NCBI GenBank assembly: GCA_046497485.1
Contig: JAWOFP010000010.1
Location: forward strand, 1 to 21,428
Source: Candidatus Nanohaloarchaea archaeon
GTDB lineage: Archaea; Nanohalarchaeota; Nanosalinia; Nanosalinales; Nanosalinaceae
Reading direction: 5' to 3'
DNA length: 21,428 bases
The position numbers and the translations under genes are program-made. Below are positions 7,423 through 15,885 of the stretch, piece after piece. The notes under the pieces are model-generated. The model was not told where the DNA came from and did no database searches. It worked only from the letters and a program-made list of their open reading frames with translations. Numbering within the stretch: the stretch's first letter is position 1; each line of letters starts with the position of its first letter.

Positions 7423-8427
7423 ATGGGGGATCAAAAAGATACAAAAGAGCATGTAATACCAGGAACAGAGGAAGGTCATAAAGGCGAGACTGTTAGAGGA
7501 TATGACTTCAGGGGCGACTTTAACCTGGAGGATATGTTGGAGGCCTATGGAACAACGGGTTTTCAGGCCTCACACTTGAAAGAAGCAATTGACTTGGTCA
7601 AGGAGATGCAGGATGAAGATGCCAAGATTTTCTTAACGTTCACCTCAAATATTATTAGTTCAGGCCTCAGAGAAGCAATTGCATATCTTGTTAGAGAGGA
7701 CTATATTGATGTTGTGATTACTTCTTCAGGTAGCCATACAGAGGATGTTATTAAAACTGCCAAGCCTTTCAAAATGGGTGAGTGGGACGCTGATGAAGCA
7801 GAGCTGCGTGAAAGAGGAATTAATAGACTAGGCAATATCTATGTAGAATCCGATAACTATGTCTGGCTTGAGTCCTGGCTGAATAATGAGTTTTTCCCGG
7901 ACTTTTTTGATGAGGCGAAGATGCGTTCCCCTACTGAAGTAGCCCGAGAGATAGGTAAATCGGTTGGGGAAGATGAAGAATTAGATCATGAGGACTCTTT
8001 TCTCTACTGGGCCTATGAAAATGATGTATCTGTCTACTGTCCAGCATTAATCGATGCAGAGATTGGCGATTACATGTTCTATTACCGTCAGGAACAGGAC
8101 TCAGAAATCGGAATTGAGATACTTGATGACTGGGACAAGTTAATCCATGAAGCGATAGAGGCAGAGAAGACGGGTATTATCGCGGTAGGAGACGGTGTTC
8201 CGAAGCATCAAGCAATCATGTCGAACCTTTTTAGAGGCGGAACTGATTATGCAGTGTATATCTCGACAGGTATGGAGGGTGACGGAAGTCTAAGTGGTGC
8301 ACCACCTAAGGAAGCTGTTTCATGGGGTAAAATTAAGCAGAAGGCCAGAAATTATACTCAGGTAGAGGCTGAGGCAACTCTTGTCTTTCCTATGATTGTG
8401 GCAGAGGGTTTCAAGAATTATAATTGA
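7423..8427 (+). CDS. dys: Deoxyhypusine synthase
   Basis: TGFQAS, TSNIISSGLRE, INRLGN, GVPKH, DGSLSGAPPKEAVSWGKI (catalytic Lys), EATLVFP. Confidence 0.96.
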   Translation: MGDQKDTKEHVIPGTEEGHKGETVRGYDFRGDFNLEDMLEAYGTTGFQASHLKEAIDLVKEMQDEDAKIFLTFTSNIISSGLREAIAYLVREDYIDVVITSSGSHTEDVIKTAKPFKMGEWDADEAELRERGINRLGNIYVESDNYVWLESWLNNEFFPDFFDEAKMRSPTEVAREIGKSVGEDEELDHEDSFLYWAYENDVSVYCPALIDAEIGDYMFYYRQEQDSEIGIEILDDWDKLIHEAIEAEKTGIIAVGDGVPKHQAIMSNLFRGGTDYAVYISTGMEGDGSLSGAPPKEAVSWGKIKQKARNYTQVEAEATLVFPMIVAEGFKNYN

Positions 8428-8666
8428 TTTTTTATACCAATTAACTTAAGTAGAGCTGCTTAAATGAAATTTACTTTGAAATTTGAACTTTATTTCAAAT
8501 TTTATTGTACTATAGCACCAATGTAACTGGAAAATAGTTACTAGCCACTTTATAAGGTTTCTTAATCGTTATACGGGTTACAGGCGGCCTAAAACTTGTT
8601 TTCAAATTTTTGGGCTTTCTGTAATTCAAAATCGAACTAAGCAAGTTCAGAGGTGAGCAATTAAAG

Positions 8667-8864
8667 ATGGAATTTTCAATTTCAAAGATGAAAGAAGTAA
8701 TTGGCACTCAGACAGATAAAAGAGTCTCGAAAGAGGCGGCACAAGAGCTCAGTTCAGATTTAGAGACTAAAGGAAAAGAGATAACTGAAAAGGCTCTAAA
8801 TATTGCTGAGGAAAAGGGAAGGGTTACAGTTAGAGCAGAAGACATCAGAGAAGCTCTTGACTAA
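8667..8864 (+). CDS. Archaeal histone (single fold, variant)
   Basis: Colinear with HMf-type histones: RVS at 19-21, GRxTVxAEDI at 51-60; SD GAGGTGA upstream. Confidence 0.9.
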   Translation: MEFSISKMKEVIGTQTDKRVSKEAAQELSSDLETKGKEITEKALNIAEEKGRVTVRAEDIREALD

Positions 8865-8923
8865 GGCCTAAAACCTCTGTTACTTCTTTTTTACATGTTA
8901 TAAAAATTAAAAAATTTAAGATG

Positions 8924-9172
8924 CTAAATTCTGTTATTGTTTTTCTGGGTCTCAGAATACCACTCATTTGGTACTAGGCCTGCAATCACCAGTACTGCTC
9001 CTAATGCTATTCCTGCTAGGCTTACTGAGGACACAATGTTCCAGTCCGTATTTTCTCCTTGGAGAACTCCTTCAACGCCTTCACTGAGACCTTGCTGATC
9101 CTCGGCATATGTAAAGCCGAATATACTTAATACAAGAATTATTGCGCCCGCAACTAAGATGGCTTCGTTCAT
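8924..9172 (-). CDS. Small membrane protein with two hydrophobic helices
   Basis: AILVAGAIILVLSIFGF and VSLAGIALGAVLVIAGLV; TTATAAAT box about 25 nt upstream of the ATG. Confidence 0.75.
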   Translation of the reverse strand: MNEAILVAGAIILVLSIFGFTYAEDQQGLSEGVEGVLQGENTDWNIVSSVSLAGIALGAVLVIAGLVPNEWYSETQKNNNRI

Positions 9173-9261
9173 ATACTAGACTTTCTATTCCATTTATAAG
9201 GCCTTTATTTCAGATAAAAATCTATTTTATATTACAATAATAGTGAATTTGAACTAATTTA

Positions 9262-9348
9262 CTGGCGGAAAAAGCTGAAACGCCCAGACCAGGGTGAGTT
9301 CGAGATGTGAAACACGCTCGGCAACCTGAAACGCCGAGTCAACTTCAC
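9262..9348. ncRNA. Candidate structured non-coding RNA of unknown class
   Basis: GC-rich island in an AT-rich spacer; one hairpin plus a three-way junction; CTGAAACGCC repeated at 9275 and 9326. Confidence 0.5.
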
Positions 9349-9359
9349 ATTTATGTAAT

Positions 9360-9448
9360 CGCCCAGGGCAGGGCTCGAACCTGCGACCACCACGTATCTG
9401 TTATTAGATATTAACAGCGTGGCGCTCTACCTGCTGAGCTACCTGGGC
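9360..9448 (-). tRNA. tRNA-Asn(GUU) with 16-nt intron (9396-9411)
   Basis: GCCCAGG/CCTGGGC acceptor, CCACG/CGTGG anticodon stem, loop CT-GTT-A^A; CTGT pairs with intron ACAG as the central helix of the splice motif. Confidence 0.95.
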
Positions 9449-9487
9449 TATATGAATAAATACAGTGATGAGATTTTTAAACTAAAC

Positions 9488-10717
9488 CTATACAAGTTGG
9501 GAGAGCCGCGTCACTGAAAGAGGAACATACAGTTCATCTTCGTGAAGGCCTCCATGAAATCCTTCCTGCTCATACTCTTCTAAGTCATACCAGTAGGCCT
9601 TTTTCCCGTTAGGTATGATTAGTAAGTCGCCGGCTCGAGAATAAAAGTTTTCTCCAACTTCTCTGTCTCCGAACAGGCCTTCTTCAACTGCTTCTTCTGT
9701 CCTAAATATTTTTGCGTCAATATGTTCTTCTAGGAACTCTTTGAGTTCTTCTACTTCCCCTTCTTTGACATGTAGGAAGATTGATCTTGCTGATCCGCAA
9801 GGTGTTATAGGCCGTTCTCTACTTGTCTCAAGTTTCTCTTTGACTTCATCATATTTCATTAGGTCTATCTCTTCTGATTTCTTGATCTGGCCGTGGTCTG
9901 CTGAGAAAAGCACCAATGTTTTCTCTGCCTTTTCTTCATCTACTTTTCCGAGTTCTCTTTTCAGGCTGTCGGAGATTTCCTCTAACTGGATTTCTTCCTG
10001 TTCTGTGTTAGGTCCGTATTTGTGACAGGTTTTATCGATTAAATCGGTGTAGGCGTAAATGTACTTCTTTCCTGATTCCTGATTCAAAATTTCTCTGACA
10101 TTGAACGCCATCTCTCTAATATTTTTGTAAGGCCTAGTCTCTGTTTCTTCTCCAGAAATTAATTTTGTGTAGTTGGAATCAATGAGTTCTTCGTCCCCGA
10201 CGCCGAATGTTTTGATATCATTATTTTCTAGAATATGGTGGAATGGCTCTCCGTCAAACAGTATTCCTGGGTCTGCATCCTTTACAATATCCTGTACAGG
10301 GATCCAGTCTCTATCGACGAAAGGCAAAGTCTGAATAATCATATCTAGTTCTTCATAGTACATCTCCCATCCAAGCAATGAATGCTGAACTGGGTAGAGA
10401 CCTGTGTTTACAGAGGTTAAAGTTGCTGGAGTGGCTGAGGGATATACTGAAGTGATTTTATGGAGTTCGCCATTTTCCTCTGATTCTTTGAAAAGGCCTG
10501 AGTCAAATCTCTTCCACTGATTATATCCAAACGCATCAATAAATATCAGGACTACATTTTCGATATCCTTGTATTCTCTTACTTTCTCTAGATCTTCAAG
10601 ATTAGAGTTTACATCCAACAATTTACAGACTGTTCCAGGTATTTCTGCAATAGAGTTCCCGTATTGAGGTTTTGGCATACTATAGTCTCTCGTCTTGCTA
10701 CTTTTTACAGTTTTCAT
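9488..10717 (-). CDS. Alkaline phosphatase superfamily / type I phosphodiesterase-nucleotide pyrophosphatase
   Basis: IFIDAFG, SVYPSATP (Thr nucleophile), DKTCHKYGP, SADHGQ, GFHGGL. Start could also be ATG 10678. Confidence 0.9.
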   Translation of the reverse strand: MKTVKSSKTRDYSMPKPQYGNSIAEIPGTVCKLLDVNSNLEDLEKVREYKDIENVVLIFIDAFGYNQWKRFDSGLFKESEENGELHKITSVYPSATPATLTSVNTGLYPVQHSLLGWEMYYEELDMIIQTLPFVDRDWIPVQDIVKDADPGILFDGEPFHHILENNDIKTFGVGDEELIDSNYTKLISGEETETRPYKNIREMAFNVREILNQESGKKYIYAYTDLIDKTCHKYGPNTEQEEIQLEEISDSLKRELGKVDEEKAEKTLVLFSADHGQIKKSEEIDLMKYDEVKEKLETSRERPITPCGSARSIFLHVKEGEVEELKEFLEEHIDAKIFRTEEAVEEGLFGDREVGENFYSRAGDLLIIPNGKKAYWYDLEEYEQEGFHGGLHEDELYVPLSVTRLSQLV

Positions 10718-10759
10718 GAGTCGGACAATATTTATTTAGGCCTCTCAAATATTTTGTTA
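10718..10759. promoter_or_regulatory. Compact bidirectional promoter region
   Basis: 42 bp between divergent ATGs with two AT-rich boxes (TATTTATTT, AAATATTTT) flanking a central AGGCCT. Confidence 0.45.
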
Positions 10760-12355
10760 ATGGTTTTTTCGGCTCTGATTCCTATTGATTTCGGGATTAT
10801 TTTGGTTACTGCTTTTCTGCTTGCGGTAATTGCTTCTAGGACAGGCCAGCCTACAGTTATTGCTTATCTTATTACAGGTCTTGTTTTAGGCCCTGTATTT
10901 TTGGATATAGTCGAGGTTACCGAGTTTATAGAGCTTGTAGAGGAATTAGGTTTTCCAATGCTTTTGTTCCTTATAGGCCTTGAGATGAAGTTTGATGCTT
11001 TCAGAAGCATTCTATCTAAAGTTGGGAAGATTGCTGTGGTTCAGGTCATTACCCAGCAGTTGATGGCGTTTTCGGTCGCTTATTTCCTTGGATTCGGTCT
11101 TTTGAACTCGTTCTATATTTCTATGTGTACAATTTTCGGGGCGACTCCTATAGTTGTGAAGATGTTGACCGACAAGCATGAGACCTCTACAAGGGCAGGA
11201 AGAGTGGATATCGGGGTTTTGATACTTCAAGATATATTCATGGTCGTGGTCTTAGGCTTCCTGGCAGCAGGACAGATATCAGGAGCGACCGATTTAGTCT
11301 TGACGCTCGGAAGAATAATTTTTATGGGAGTTGCTTTGGGAGCAGTATCCTTCCTCGCATCTAAAACTATTGAAAGTAAGTTGCTAGGCGGCCTTTCAGA
11401 TAACAAGCATGCGTTCTTTATCCAAGGCCTAGCATGGGCATTTCTTTTCATAGCAATGGCTGATATTTTAGGATTATCTCTTGAGATAGGAGGATTCCTA
11501 GCCGGAATAAGCCTTGGACAGGTTCCTTACAGCATGGAATTGCAGGAAAAAGTCAGGCCTCTCACTAACCTGCTTCTGGCTGTTTTCTTTGCGGGTATAG
11601 GCCTTTCGCTTAATGCCTCAGAATTATTTGCTTACTGGAAAGAGGCTTTAATCGCTATCTCGATTCTTTCAAGCTCCGCATTCGTTGTCATGTACTTTTT
11701 GACTCGTTGGCAGGATTTCTCCACTGAGACCAGTTTCAAGTCCTCTATTAACCTGGTTATGATGTCAGAGTTTGGACTGGTTGCAGGAGCTGTAGCTGTA
11801 GATCAGGGATTGCTGACCGCAGGGATTTTAGGTTACATGACATTAATCAAGTTGATAACAAACGGCTATGCAGTATACCTGATTCAGTACAATGACAGAA
11901 TTTACAATTATTTCAAACCTTACTTAAATGTGGTTGGAGAGGAAGAGAAGGAACCAGATTCTGAAGACCATGCAGTTGTCTTTGGTAACTCTCGGCTTGA
12001 TGAAGTTGTCAGGCCTGTATTGGATGAAGTATTTGACGAAGTTGTTTTCGTTGAGGCGAATCCTCATGAGATGCGACAGCTCGAGGAAGAAGGAGAAGAG
12101 TTTGTTTTTGGAGATCCAAGGCATCCTGAGGTCAGAAGAGAGGCAGGAGTCAAAGACGCTTCAGCAGTCATCAGTTTGGAAGAAGACTTTGATCTAGATA
12201 ATGAGATGGCACAGAAGCTTGAGACAGTGTTTATAGCAGTTTCCGATGATGAAGAAGAGGCCGAGGAATTAATGAAAAACGGTGCAGAGCACGTGATACT
12301 TGAAGATAAAGCTGTTGAGAAAATTCTGAGGGAAAAACTGGGGGCAAAACTATGA
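10760..12355 (+). CDS. CPA2 cation:proton antiporter with C-terminal TrkA-N/KTN domain (KefB/KefC-like)
   Basis: AYLITGLVLGP, LLFLIGLE, ILQD motif, GGFLAG, MSEFGLV; soluble tail with VVFG and FGDP. Start set to ATG 10760 to avoid overlap with the divergent gene. Confidence 0.9.
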   Translation: MVFSALIPIDFGIILVTAFLLAVIASRTGQPTVIAYLITGLVLGPVFLDIVEVTEFIELVEELGFPMLLFLIGLEMKFDAFRSILSKVGKIAVVQVITQQLMAFSVAYFLGFGLLNSFYISMCTIFGATPIVVKMLTDKHETSTRAGRVDIGVLILQDIFMVVVLGFLAAGQISGATDLVLTLGRIIFMGVALGAVSFLASKTIESKLLGGLSDNKHAFFIQGLAWAFLFIAMADILGLSLEIGGFLAGISLGQVPYSMELQEKVRPLTNLLLAVFFAGIGLSLNASELFAYWKEALIAISILSSSAFVVMYFLTRWQDFSTETSFKSSINLVMMSEFGLVAGAVAVDQGLLTAGILGYMTLIKLITNGYAVYLIQYNDRIYNYFKPYLNVVGEEEKEPDSEDHAVVFGNSRLDEVVRPVLDEVFDEVVFVEANPHEMRQLEEEGEEFVFGDPRHPEVRREAGVKDASAVISLEEDFDLDNEMAQKLETVFIAVSDDEEEAEELMKNGAEHVILEDKAVEKILREKLGAKL

Positions 12356-13875
12356 TAATCAGTATATCGCTGGCATTGATGATAGCAGGAATCCTTCTCG
12401 TAATATTGAATCGGACAGATATTCCGGAAATACCTATATATCTCGGTTCAGGCCTAATGTTGAGTTTACTGGTTTCTCTGGCACAGTCTAGAGGTATTGT
12501 ATCACACGAGTTCATAGAAGCCGAAATAATGAGAGAGATTGCTTTACTGGGATTAAGTATACTGATTTTTTACAACACCTCAGGAATGCTGTTAGATCCT
12601 AAGAGATCTACCGCTATAGACTCCTTTAAGACCTCATTGTGGATGTCTATAGCCTCTTTCGCAGGAATAACAGGTATTTCGCTTTACTTTGGATTCGCCA
12701 GTCTAGAGTCGCTTTTATTTGGAGTTACAGGAGCTGTAGGCTCTACGTTACTGGACTCAGGGCTGGTAAAGGAAGAAGCCAGGAAAAACCATATCTATGG
12801 CTGGATCACTGAGGATATCAATTTCTACGATGATCTGTTTGGAATAGTAGTTCTTACATTGATTCTGGCCTCTGTCGGAGGCATAGTTCCTTTCACAGGA
12901 TTATTGGTTTCTCTAGTACTGATTCTATCAGCTCTCGTTCTAAGAGATTACTTCAGCAGTATAATAATGAAGATAACCGGCGGCGAAAATGAATTGGTAC
13001 TTCTATCAGGAATCGCCACACTAATATCTATCGTCTGGATTGCTGAAAGCACAGGTGTATCAGCACTAGCTGGAATCTATGCAGCAGGCCTTATACTTGT
13101 CAACACAGAACTTGGTTTCAGGGTTAGAGAAAGATTTACAGCAGTAAAAGACTTCTTCACAGCCTTATCATTTATCTCAATCGGTTACCTATTGACTCTA
13201 CCCGGTGTAAGGTATATTGGGGCTGTTACAGGCTTGGTCCTGTTCGCGTCCGTAATAAGGCCTATGTTCTCGACACAGATCCTAAGGCTTCAGGGATACG
13301 ATCTTAGAACCAGTTTTATGGCCAGTGTTCAGTCTTCTCAGATATCTGAGATAGTTGTAGTCGGGGCTTTGTTGCTTGCTCCTCTAACTGAGAGCCCGGT
13401 GTTTGAAACTGTAGCAATAGGATTTGCGACAACTACTTTGATAGCACATCTAGTTGAGGACAGAGAACAGTATATATTCGATAAAATCTTTTCACAGTAT
13501 GATCTAGACTCAGAAAAGAGCTATGTACCGAACGATATAGAGAACCATGTGATCCTGGCTGGTTACGACTGGAAAACCAAGGATCTGGAGAAAGTAGTGG
13601 ATAAAGATATTATTGTAGCTGATTACAGCTTGGAGAGAATCCAGGATGCTGAAGAGAAAGATCTTCCGCATGTATTGGCTGATCTTCACTCCGATGAGGC
13701 CTGGGAAAAACTTGAGGTTGAAAAGGCCTCCGTGATAGTATCGGCAATTGACGATTCTAAACTTGTTCATAAGATTGAAGGCTTTGATGTGGATGCTGAG
13801 AAAATAGTTCTTACCTCTGACTCTGATGAAGTTAGAGATGAGCTGAGAGAGATGCTTTCTGAGGCCTTAAAATAA
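12352..13875 (+). CDS. Second CPA2 cation:proton antiporter with TrkA-N domain
   Basis: ATGA overlap with the upstream paralog; many TM helices, FYDD motif, VKDFFTALSF, SQISE, NHVILAGY. Confidence 0.85.
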   Translation: MIISISLALMIAGILLVILNRTDIPEIPIYLGSGLMLSLLVSLAQSRGIVSHEFIEAEIMREIALLGLSILIFYNTSGMLLDPKRSTAIDSFKTSLWMSIASFAGITGISLYFGFASLESLLFGVTGAVGSTLLDSGLVKEEARKNHIYGWITEDINFYDDLFGIVVLTLILASVGGIVPFTGLLVSLVLILSALVLRDYFSSIIMKITGGENELVLLSGIATLISIVWIAESTGVSALAGIYAAGLILVNTELGFRVRERFTAVKDFFTALSFISIGYLLTLPGVRYIGAVTGLVLFASVIRPMFSTQILRLQGYDLRTSFMASVQSSQISEIVVVGALLLAPLTESPVFETVAIGFATTTLIAHLVEDREQYIFDKIFSQYDLDSEKSYVPNDIENHVILAGYDWKTKDLEKVVDKDIIVADYSLERIQDAEEKDLPHVLADLHSDEAWEKLEVEKASVIVSAIDDSKLVHKIEGFDVDAEKIVLTSDSDEVRDELREMLSEALK

Positions 13876-13902
13876 AAAAAGAAAGAGAAAAAGTTTTTTA
13901 GC
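13876..13902. terminator. Bidirectional oligo-T terminator region
   Basis: A-tracts followed by a T-tract between convergent stops give U-runs on both strands. Confidence 0.55.
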
Positions 13903-14592
13903 TTACATCTGTTCTTCTGCTTCATGTATTAGATACATGTCAAGGAATCCGTAGGCCTGTTTACAGAAGAAAGGCAGGATTACGAATGCTACGGATGTTT
14001 CGAATGCTCCGAAGATTCCCGGTCCTGCTGGGTAAATTGTCTCACTCAAATACCAAACTGTTGGGTAAAGTACGAAGAACACTGAGATGTATGCTGAAAG
14101 CGTTGTGTAGCTTCTTGCAAGCACATCAGAGGTTTCTTTCGCCATTTCTCTGAGCGGTCCCCAGACTAGGTAGAATACTCCTAGGAGTAAGGCGTTACCT
14201 ATCCAGTATGCATAGGTCATTCCTGACTCCTGTGAAATGATTCCTGTAATTACCAGCATGAACTGTAGACCCATCAATGCGCCTAATAAGTCCCATCTGG
14301 TTTCTCTACCGTGCATGGCCGTGAGGCCTAAAGCCAGCAGAATTAGCGGTGTAGAAATCATCCAATCCATGTACCATCCGAAGTTACTCAACGCTGTTCC
14401 GTTGAGGAAGTTCAGATACATGATTCCCGACCAAGTTACAATAAAGAAGTGTATAATCGGGAATTTTAGAGGTACATTTTTCCACCATACCTTCCTGAGA
14501 AACAGGTAAAGCAGACCGCTTAGAAAAGCGGTTGCGATGTAAGCCATCAAGTAAGGTGTGCTGCCAGAAGCAGCAATGGCTTCATATACCAT
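13903..14592 (-). CDS. Xenorhodopsin (light-driven inward H+ pump, Nanosalina type)
   Basis: 7 TM; helix C WYMDWMISTPL (W73, D76, S80, A87), H48, helix G LPFFCKQAYGFLD with retinal Lys, Pro replacing BR D212, and cytoplasmic Asp. Confidence 0.95.
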   Translation of the reverse strand: MVYEAIAASGSTPYLMAYIATAFLSGLLYLFLRKVWWKNVPLKFPIIHFFIVTWSGIMYLNFLNGTALSNFGWYMDWMISTPLILLALGLTAMHGRETRWDLLGALMGLQFMLVITGIISQESGMTYAYWIGNALLLGVFYLVWGPLREMAKETSDVLARSYTTLSAYISVFFVLYPTVWYLSETIYPAGPGIFGAFETSVAFVILPFFCKQAYGFLDMYLIHEAEEQM

Positions 14593-14743
14593 ATTATAAC
14601 CTGTTGTAAAGATTGTATATAATAATTATCATGATTAAGGTATAAGACCTGGAAATAAATTGATAAGAGAAATTAAAAGAGAAATAAAATATGTAATTTA
14701 GACTTATATGGGGTCTACAGCGTAAAACTAGATTAAACCTACT

Positions 14744-15874
14744 CTAATCTAGGAATGTTTCGTTCTCTATCTTCTCTGGCAGGTATTCGTTTGCCACGAA
14801 CTCTAGACTGTTGGCTGCTAAGGCCTGTTGCTCGACTCTGACTCCTTTGTCAAGCATGGTCTGTAACTGTTTCTGCCACTGCTCATCCTGCATCCACTCA
14901 TAATCCATGACGTCATGGATACGTTTGTAGTCCTTGGTAGGGCCTCCATTATCCTTACTTTTTCCTTTGAGTCCTTCTGTAACATGCTCCAAGTCATACT
15001 CATCAATGTCCTCCATTGTCATACCGATTAACTTGGCATCAGGAGTAGCCAATCGATCGGACTGGAAAGCAAGAGACATGGATCCAGATTTAAGCACGGA
15101 GTAAATGTAGTATCCCCAAGGGTCGCCGTCCGTAAACACATAGACGGGTAGGTCAAGTTCGTTATGCATCATGTTAATGAGTCTCCTAGCTCCACGAGCT
15201 GGCTGTCCTCCAGTACCGATAATAATTGCATTGTGCTCAGCGTGGAAATCTTCCTCGACCAGTCGGTTAACCATCGCAGATGTCTCGACCACAAGGATGA
15301 AATCTGCATTATTTTCCACAAACTCGAAATGGTCCACAATTGAGTTGATTGCCATACCTGAGCTTCCCATACTCATTCCGTCAATAATATCGCCTGAGTC
15401 TTCAATTTTGATTGGTCCGAACAGTCTTCCCTTCGGCTCTGCGAAAAGATGTAAATCTTCACGGATTGCGCCCGTAGCAGTCTCAATATCTACAACAACA
15501 TTGTTAGACTCATCCTGATCCTCAAATGTGTTCTCATCTAGGCCTGGTACTGTATGCTTCAACTGGTAGTAAACCTCTCTGATTGATGCGGTTCTACCTC
15601 CTTCCACAAGCTCCTTACACTTTGATGCGACCAGGGTAGTCTGCATGAACTTTCGGGCATGCGAGATGTTCAGGAACTTTCTTGTGGAGTAAGAGTCTCC
15701 AAGTTCAAGTCTTTCATCTTCTTCATCGTATTCAACGTTTGACTTGGATCTCACCTGTGTCTCAAAAGTTAGGTTTTCATCTTCTTCATCATTCAATTGT
15801 CTCAAGAGTTTCTTACCTAGATGCGTTAAGCGATCCAGGGTCTTCTCATCATTTGCTAGGTCTTTCTTTGGCAT
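14744..15874 (-). CDS. top6A: DNA topoisomerase VI subunit A
   Basis: SIREVYY (catalytic Tyr region), FEDQDES, TOPRIM VVE and TDGDPWG, VEQQAL. Confidence 0.97.
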   Translation of the reverse strand: MPKKDLANDEKTLDRLTHLGKKLLRQLNDEEDENLTFETQVRSKSNVEYDEEDERLELGDSYSTRKFLNISHARKFMQTTLVASKCKELVEGGRTASIREVYYQLKHTVPGLDENTFEDQDESNNVVVDIETATGAIREDLHLFAEPKGRLFGPIKIEDSGDIIDGMSMGSSGMAINSIVDHFEFVENNADFILVVETSAMVNRLVEEDFHAEHNAIIIGTGGQPARGARRLINMMHNELDLPVYVFTDGDPWGYYIYSVLKSGSMSLAFQSDRLATPDAKLIGMTMEDIDEYDLEHVTEGLKGKSKDNGGPTKDYKRIHDVMDYEWMQDEQWQKQLQTMLDKGVRVEQQALAANSLEFVANEYLPEKIENETFLD

Positions 15875-15885
15875 TTTTTAATCAC

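Noticed and set aside
8479..8502. AAATTTGAA/TTCAAATTT inverted repeat in an AT-rich spacer as a replication origin
   Set aside because: No ORB-like G-string repeats or adjacent orc1/cdc6; likely chance or terminator-related.
8510..8707. 65-aa minus-strand ORF
   Set aside because: Overlaps the histone start and promoter antisense; composition is unlike the acidic proteome.
9275..9335. TGAAAC repeats as a degenerate CRISPR array
   Set aside because: Repeats are only 6-10 nt with irregular spacing (32 and 19 nt); no cas genes.
10664..10759. N-terminal extension of the first antiporter
   Set aside because: It overlaps the divergent phosphodiesterase gene; the hydrophobic domain starts at ATG 10760.
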